A stretch of 64,000 bases of DNA from Candidatus Woesebacteria bacterium RIFCSPLOWO2_01_FULL_39_23 (GTDB taxonomy: Bacteria; Patescibacteriota; Microgenomatia; UBA8517), in the NCBI GenBank assembly GCA_001793095.1, contig MGHG01000007.1, positions 1,306 to 65,305 on the forward strand, read 5' to 3'. Positions within the stretch are counted from its first letter, which is position 1. Each line of letters opens with the position of its first letter. The notes under the pieces are model-generated. The model did no database searches, was not told the DNA's origin, and worked only from the letters and a program-made list of their open reading frames with translations. A program made the position numbers and the translations under genes. Of the stretch, positions 58,061 through 64,000 are shown piece by piece.

Positions 58061-59281
58061 ATGCCTTCTATCTGTCTTTATTTTCAGGTTCATCAGCCGA
58101 TGCGGGTTAAAAAATACCGCATTTTTGACGTTGGGACTGATCATGACTACTTTAACGATACAGGTGAATCCAATCTTAATAATAAAAAAATTCTCAGGAA
58201 GGTTGCTGATAAGTCTTATCTGCCTGCAAATAAGTTACTCTTGAAACTTCTGAAAAAATATCCTGAACTTCGTCTCAGTTATTCTTTTTCGGGAGTTTTT
58301 CTGGAACAGCTTAAAGACCAGCTTCCGCATGTTCTAGGCTCATTTAGGGATTTGGTAAAGACCGGACAAGTTGAAATATTAAATGAAACTTATTATCACT
58401 CGTTGGCGTTTTTCTACTCGAGGGCAGAATTTGAGAGCCAAGTTAACATGCATAAAGATTTAATATGGAAACTGTTCAAAGTAGAATCTGAGGTTTTCAG
58501 AAACACCGAGCTCGCTTACAATAATGATTTGGCTATGTGGGCTGATTCGAAGGGATATAAAGGCATTTTAGCTGAAGGTTGGGATTCGTTCCTCGGCTGG
58601 CGGAGTCCGAATTTTGTCTATCAACCGACAGGTACTAAAAAAATTAAACTGCTTCTTAAAAATTATAAATTATCGGACGATATCGCATTCAGGTTTTCAG
58701 AGAAAAGCTGGAAAGAATGGCCGCTGACCGCGGATAAGTTTGCGCGGTGGGTTGATGCAATAAACGGCAATGGCCAGATAGTTAATCTTTTTATGGATTA
58801 TGAAACTTTTGGTGAACATCAATGGAAGGAACAGGGCATTTTTGGGTTTTTAGAGCACTTGCCGTCAGAAATATTAAAACACCAAGACAATAATTTTGTG
58901 ACGCCCAGTGAGGCTGTAAAAAAATATCCGGCAATGGATGAGGTTGACGTTCCCGGTGTTGTAACATGGGCAGATACGGAAAGAGATCTGTCTGCGTGGG
59001 TCGGTAATTCTATTCAATCGTCTGCTCTTACGCTTTTATACAAAATGGAAAAAAAGATCTTAGATACCGGAAACCCCAAAATTATTCAAGACTGGCGCAG
59101 GCTCCAAACATCGGACCATTTTTATTATATGTGTACAAAATGGTTCTCTGATGGCGATGTGCATAAATATTTTAACCCCTACGAATCTCCTTATGATGCG
59201 TTTATCAGTTATATGAGCGCGCTGAGTGATCTTAAGTTAAGGACAAAGGCGACCAGGAAAAGGAGAGTGAAAAATGTCTAA
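58061..59281 (+). CDS. GH57 alpha-amylase
   Basis: FQVHQP, ETYYH, RNTEL, DYETFGEH, TSD; start at MPSIC. Confidence 0.93.
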   Translation: MPSICLYFQVHQPMRVKKYRIFDVGTDHDYFNDTGESNLNNKKILRKVADKSYLPANKLLLKLLKKYPELRLSYSFSGVFLEQLKDQLPHVLGSFRDLVKTGQVEILNETYYHSLAFFYSRAEFESQVNMHKDLIWKLFKVESEVFRNTELAYNNDLAMWADSKGYKGILAEGWDSFLGWRSPNFVYQPTGTKKIKLLLKNYKLSDDIAFRFSEKSWKEWPLTADKFARWVDAINGNGQIVNLFMDYETFGEHQWKEQGIFGFLEHLPSEILKHQDNNFVTPSEAVKKYPAMDEVDVPGVVTWADTERDLSAWVGNSIQSSALTLLYKMEKKILDTGNPKIIQDWRRLQTSDHFYYMCTKWFSDGDVHKYFNPYESPYDAFISYMSALSDLKLRTKATRKRRVKNV

Positions 59282-61268
59282 AGCTGCTGTACTCGGTAAC
59301 GGAAAAGTATTAATCGGTTATGACCATTTCGGTCAGATTAAAGACCTTTACTACCATTATCCGGGACTTGAAAATCACATAGGCCGGGATATGGCTCATA
59401 AAATAGGAGTTTGGGCTAACGATAGATTGAGTTGGTTTTCCGATCAGGTTTGGGATGTAAAGGTTAGAAGCGTAGATGGCACCATGGCTGTGAATGTAAG
59501 CGCAGAAAGTCAGGATTTGGGGCTTAAGTTTGTATTTAACGATGTCGTTTATAACGAAAAGAACATTTTTGTAAGAGAGATTGGTGTTGAGAACCTGTTC
59601 GATGTCAGACGAACGGTAAAAGTATTTTTTAATCAGGAATTTAATATCAGCCAGACTCAAAAGGGTGATACATCTTATTATGATCCTGAAGATAATGTAA
59701 TTATTCATTATAAGGGGAGGCGCGTATTTCTTGTAAATATAGAATGCGATGGTCGTGGGTTTGACGATTACAGCGTCGGACTAATAGGTATTGAAGGCAA
59801 AGATGGAACTTTTAAGGACGCCGAGGATGGTAAATTAAGTAAGAATCCGATAGAACACGGGCAGGTGGATTCCATAATAGGAATAAGCTTGGATATAGGA
59901 GCACGGGATAAAAAGACTTTTTACTACTGGATGACGATCGGCAAGTCTATATTAAATGTCAAAGCACTTAACAAACTTGTCAAAGAGAGAACACCTGGGG
60001 ATATTATAAAAAGTACGGAAGATTATTGGCAAGCTTGGGTAGACAATCAAAATTTCAGTTTTTATTCATTGAGTGACACAATTATTAATGAGTTTAAAAG
60101 GTCACTTCTTATTATCAGAACCCATGTAAGCTATAACGGAGCTATTATTGCCTCGGGTGACTCGGATATGCTCCAGTATGGGCGGGATACTTACTCATAC
60201 GTTTGGCCGCGAGACGCTGCTTTTGCAAACCTAGCTTTGGTTAAATCCGGGGATTTTAATGCGTCCAGACGCTTTTTTGAGTTTTGCCGGGATATTATTT
60301 CTCCCGAAGGTTTCTTTATGCATAAATATCGACCCGATCATGCTCTTGGATCGTCCTGGCATCCTTGGGTGCACGAAGGAATTAAAAATCTTCCCATTCA
60401 GGAAGATGAAACAGCTCTCGTAATCTATGCTCTTTGGACGCATTTTGAGATGTCAAAGGATTTGGAGTTTATCGAGAGTCTGTATAATCCGCTAATTAAA
60501 AAAGCTGCTGAGTTTATGGCGGATTATATTGATGAAAAAACTTTACTTCCAAAGGAAAGTTACGATCTATGGGAGATGAAATATGGCGTTTCAACTTTTA
60601 CAGCAGCCTCGGTTTATGGGGCATTAGTTGTTGCTTCAAAATTTGCTGAAGTTTTGGGGAAAGATAAAAGTGCTGCGAAATATAAAGCTACGGCCGAAAA
60701 AATCAAAGATGCGATTTTAAAATATTTATATGACGATAAAGGAGGTTATTTTTATAAGCTTGTAGCTTTGGAAAAACAAGGTATTGTTATTGATAAAACA
60801 CTCGATATGTCGAGTGTTTATGGCATCTATAAATTTGGTGTTTTAGCATATAATGATCCGAGACTTAAAAAAGCATTTGAGATTACAAAAGAAAAGCTTG
60901 GGGTTAAGGGCGGGGTGGGAGGGTTAGCCAGATTTGAAGGTGACCAATACCATAATCCGGGCGGTAATATTCCGGGTAACCCGTGGATTGTAACGACACT
61001 ATGGGAAACTGAATATAATATTGATTTTCTTAAAAAACAAAGCGAACTTCCCGATGTCGTTAAGGATTTTACTTGGGTAACACAAAAAGCCCAACCTTCC
61101 GGAGTATTGCCCGAACAGCTCAATGCGTATACTGGCCAGGAGCTCTCAGCATCTCCTTTAATATGGAGCCATGCCCAATATGTTCTCGTCATCATCAAGT
61201 ATTTGGAAAAACTTGAAGAATTGGGGATTTGTAAAGCATGCTACCCCCTTGGGAAAAACAGTAAATAG
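59274..61268 (+). CDS. GH15 glucoamylase-like hydrolase
   Basis: YVWPRD, QEDE, DLWE, LPEQ, PLIWSHA. Confidence 0.92.
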   Translation: MSKAAVLGNGKVLIGYDHFGQIKDLYYHYPGLENHIGRDMAHKIGVWANDRLSWFSDQVWDVKVRSVDGTMAVNVSAESQDLGLKFVFNDVVYNEKNIFVREIGVENLFDVRRTVKVFFNQEFNISQTQKGDTSYYDPEDNVIIHYKGRRVFLVNIECDGRGFDDYSVGLIGIEGKDGTFKDAEDGKLSKNPIEHGQVDSIIGISLDIGARDKKTFYYWMTIGKSILNVKALNKLVKERTPGDIIKSTEDYWQAWVDNQNFSFYSLSDTIINEFKRSLLIIRTHVSYNGAIIASGDSDMLQYGRDTYSYVWPRDAAFANLALVKSGDFNASRRFFEFCRDIISPEGFFMHKYRPDHALGSSWHPWVHEGIKNLPIQEDETALVIYALWTHFEMSKDLEFIESLYNPLIKKAAEFMADYIDEKTLLPKESYDLWEMKYGVSTFTAASVYGALVVASKFAEVLGKDKSAAKYKATAEKIKDAILKYLYDDKGGYFYKLVALEKQGIVIDKTLDMSSVYGIYKFGVLAYNDPRLKKAFEITKEKLGVKGGVGGLARFEGDQYHNPGGNIPGNPWIVTTLWETEYNIDFLKKQSELPDVVKDFTWVTQKAQPSGVLPEQLNAYTGQELSASPLIWSHAQYVLVIIKYLEKLEELGICKACYPLGKNSK

Positions 61269-61291
61269 TTTTGAGTTATAAGTTATATCTT

Positions 61292-62104
61292 ATGTATTTA
61301 CTATTTGATATAGGTGGGACTAAAACTCGATTGGCTATCTCAAGAGACGGTGAGAATTTTATGTCATTTGAGATAAAAGACACTCCCGAGGATTTTGAAA
61401 GCGGGATCACAATGTTTGGGGAATATGTAAAATCTCAGGGAATCGGGATCCAGAAAGTAGTGGGAGGTATTGCCGGCGTTTTGAATAGCGAAAAAACTAC
61501 TTTGACATTTTCTCCAAATCTTGCTGGTTGGATCGGAAAAAATCTGAAAAGTTCGCTTTCAAGAATTGTCGGCACAAAGGAAGTTTATCTTGAAAATGAT
61601 GCAGCCCTTGACGGATTGGGTGAGGCGGTTTTCGGATCAGGAAAGGGAGCGAGAATAGTAGCCTTTATCACAGTCAGTACCGGAGTTGGCGGGGCGCGGA
61701 TAGTTAATAAAAGAATTGATGTGAGTAATTATGGGTTTGAGCCAGGCCATCAAATTTTGGAAGTTGGCCAAAAAGGGTTAATTGATTTAGAGGGATTAAT
61801 TGGAGGAGCGTCAATACAAAAAAAATATAACATTAGTCCGATGGATTTAAAAGATGACAATATCTGGCAGGAAATTTATCATCATCTTGCTATCGGGTTA
61901 ACTAATGTATCTGTATTTTGGTCTCCGGATATTATTGTTTTGGGTGGTGGGGTTGTCGCATCAGATTACTTTTCTATAGATTCGCTGACGGCAAAGTTTA
62001 AAGAGGTTTTCAATGTTTTTCCCGAAATCCCAATTATTAAGAAATCCACTCTAGGCGATCATGCGGGATTGTATGGTGCCCTACACTTACTTAAACAAAA
62101 CTAA
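61292..62104 (+). CDS. ROK family sugar kinase
   Basis: DIGGT, ENDA, STGVGG, EPGH. Confidence 0.9.
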   Translation: MYLLFDIGGTKTRLAISRDGENFMSFEIKDTPEDFESGITMFGEYVKSQGIGIQKVVGGIAGVLNSEKTTLTFSPNLAGWIGKNLKSSLSRIVGTKEVYLENDAALDGLGEAVFGSGKGARIVAFITVSTGVGGARIVNKRIDVSNYGFEPGHQILEVGQKGLIDLEGLIGGASIQKKYNISPMDLKDDNIWQEIYHHLAIGLTNVSVFWSPDIIVLGGGVVASDYFSIDSLTAKFKEVFNVFPEIPIIKKSTLGDHAGLYGALHLLKQN

Positions 62105-62126
62105 ATCCGGTGTATAATTAGCTCTC

Positions 62127-63215
62127 ATGAAAAACTATTTTAAATCTTCTGTGGGGAATATTCTCTTACCTCTTTTCTTTCCTGATGCAACCCAGTCGGT
62201 AGTAAAAACTTTGGACTCTTTGGATATCGAGGCGACTTCAACCCCGGGGGTCTTAGTGAATACCTATCATCTATATAGAGAGTTGGGTAATACTATTTTT
62301 GAAAAATTTGACGGTATAAGAGAATTTATGGGCTGGAAAGGTGCAGTAATTTCAGATTCGGGCGGCTTTCAAATTATGAGTATTATTAAATCCAAATCAG
62401 GGAAGGGCAAGGTTAGTGATGTTGGTATAGCCATTCATACTTCTAAGAACAAAAAAATACTTTTAACACCGGAAAAGTCTATTGGATATCAGCTTCTCCT
62501 AAGAACTGACTTGGTGGTTGTTTTGGATGATTTTACTCCAATGTCAGCAACTTATGAGGAAGCAAAAGAATCCGTTGAAAGAACGATTTCCTGGGCTATT
62601 AGGTGTAAGAAATATTTTGATGAACATACAACCAAAGATTATAAACCCTATATTATAGGCGTGGTTCAAGGAGGAAAATATTTAGATTTAAGAAAATACT
62701 GTTGTGAAGAACTGGTTAAGATAGGCTTTGACGGGTTAGGTTATGGGGGTTGGCCAATTAATGAGTCAGGAAAATTTGATTATGAGATAGCGGAGCTGAT
62801 AGCAACAAACTCACCCAAAAGTTGCCTGCTGTATGGTTTGGGAATCGGAAAGCCTGATGAAATTGTAAAGCTTGTTAAAATGGGTTATCGGATTTTTGAC
62901 TGTGTCTTACCTACGCGCGACGCTAGACACAAAAGACTGTATGTATACACCGCTAAATCAATTGATGAAATTAATTTGGATTCGGATAAATTTTACAGAT
63001 ACTACGTTCCTGACAAGCAAATGTATTTCGCAGATAAAAATCCAATATCTTCGGCTTGCGATTGTCTTCTCTGCAAGCATTACTCACGCTCGTATCTAGC
63101 GCATCTTTTTAGAATTGGTGATATGAGTGCGCTAAGGTTGTCGACCATTCACAACTTAAGATTCTACTCAATCCTCATGGAAAAATTGCAGTATAATTAC
63201 CTTCATGGAAAATAA
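62127..63215 (+). CDS. tgt: tRNA-guanine transglycosylase family protein
   Basis: NTYHL, DSGGFQ, QGG, FDCVLPTR, CDCLLC...H. Confidence 0.9.
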   Translation: MKNYFKSSVGNILLPLFFPDATQSVVKTLDSLDIEATSTPGVLVNTYHLYRELGNTIFEKFDGIREFMGWKGAVISDSGGFQIMSIIKSKSGKGKVSDVGIAIHTSKNKKILLTPEKSIGYQLLLRTDLVVVLDDFTPMSATYEEAKESVERTISWAIRCKKYFDEHTTKDYKPYIIGVVQGGKYLDLRKYCCEELVKIGFDGLGYGGWPINESGKFDYEIAELIATNSPKSCLLYGLGIGKPDEIVKLVKMGYRIFDCVLPTRDARHKRLYVYTAKSIDEINLDSDKFYRYYVPDKQMYFADKNPISSACDCLLCKHYSRSYLAHLFRIGDMSALRLSTIHNLRFYSILMEKLQYNYLHGK

Positions 63216-63696
63216 CACAAAAATAGTGTTTAACAGGAAAAATTTAACCATTATTGGAGTATTTGTTTTAGTTATGAGTGCAATATTGGTTAGTTCCTTA
63301 TTAATAATCGGGTCGAGATCTGCTAAAGTAGATAAAGAGGAGGTGACTCAAGTGACCGATACGACTGCAACTAATACCGAAATAAAGATAGAAGACTTAA
63401 AAGTCGGTACGGGTAAGGAGGCGAAGAGTGGTAACAAAGTCAGTGTTAATTATCTGGGAACTTTAACAGACGGAACGAAATTTGACAGTTCATATGATAG
63501 GAACCAGCCTTTTAGGTTTGGTTTGGGAGCGGGTGAGGTAATACCCGGTTGGGATCAGGGTGTTGTCGGTATGAAAGAAGGCGGGAAGAGAAAGCTCACT
63601 ATTCCACCTGCTCTTGGTTATGGTGACAGGGAAACGGGTCCTGTCCCTGCCAATTCTACACTCGTCTTCGAAATCGAGCTTCTCAAAGTCGAATAA
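63205..63696 (+). CDS. FKBP-type peptidyl-prolyl isomerase
   Basis: FDSS, VIPGW, LGYG, LVFEIEL. Confidence 0.95.
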   Translation: MENNTKIVFNRKNLTIIGVFVLVMSAILVSSLLIIGSRSAKVDKEEVTQVTDTTATNTEIKIEDLKVGTGKEAKSGNKVSVNYLGTLTDGTKFDSSYDRNQPFRFGLGAGEVIPGWDQGVVGMKEGGKRKLTIPPALGYGDRETGPVPANSTLVFEIELLKVE

Positions 63697-63767
63697 TTTT
63701 CTTGACAAGGTCTCACCTTGTCATTTGGTTTTTTATTCTGCAGGTTGAAGGTGATATTATTAAGCTA

Positions 63768-64000
63768 ATGCAAAGATTTACTCCTTTGGTTGATTTTTTG
63801 AGCCGAACCTTAACTCCTTTTAAAGTCGGAAGGGTATATATCGAACCGACGTATTGGCAAGCGGGAACAATAATAATTCTTCTTTTTCTTTTAGTCTTTA
63901 CCTTAGCCAGGATGAGGTGGTTATATGTGAACTGGCATTTGGGTAAACACTCCTTTTCGATGCTATTTTGGGGCTTTTTGTTGGCAATTATTATCGAAGG
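63768..64000 (+). CDS. Membrane protein, runs off the window end
   Basis: Open from ATG 63768 (MQRFTPLVDFL...), hydrophobic. Confidence 0.6.
   Translation, partial: MQRFTPLVDFLSRTLTPFKVGRVYIEPTYWQAGTIIILLFLLVFTLARMRWLYVNWHLGKHSFSMLFWGFLLAIIIE

Noticed and set aside
146-63708. Numerous antisense and overlapping ORFs in the track (e.g. 798-1082, 14026-14459, 31986-32579, 33230-33682, 60827-61198)
   Set aside because: They shadow well-supported genes and have no recognisable motifs
1-64000. CRISPR array or cas genes
   Set aside because: No regularly spaced 25-45 bp repeats with unique spacers and no Cas-like ORF seen

Overview
AT-rich bacterial chromosome segment read in genetic code 11. Gene content, compact packing and many SD-less starts suggest Patescibacteria/CPR, Microgenomates-like (inference). 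Bases 1-8887 are the right part of an integrative element: a large serine recombinase inserted at the 3' end of tRNA-Gln, carrying a metal/thiol-stress cargo (two-component system, sortase, small Cys/Met metal proteins, DsbA, BlaR1/BlaI-type pair). The rest is core and accessory host genes: uppP/dgkA/PAP2, lon, greA-lysS, serS, a CsoR-CopA copper cluster, rarA, secA, gdhA/tdh/kbl, a Clp ATPase, a GT4-GH57-GH15-ROK alpha-glucan cluster, tgt and an FKBP. The most notable signals are non-coding. (1) A serine T-box with an actinobacterial-type ultra-short Stem I, whose terminator also hides an SD, sits ahead of two orphan ORFs and serS. (2) An unrecognised twin-hairpin leader motif occurs twice with compensatory changes, and both loci share a Crp/Fnr-like palindrome. 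(3) Two small GIY-YIG genes sit at tRNA genes with REP-like hairpins, and one site shows serial insertion. (4) There are three IS200/IS605-type non-autonomous elements and many in-frame palindromic and 7-bp-period insertions in housekeeping proteins. All calls are from reading the sequence by eye; no database search was run.
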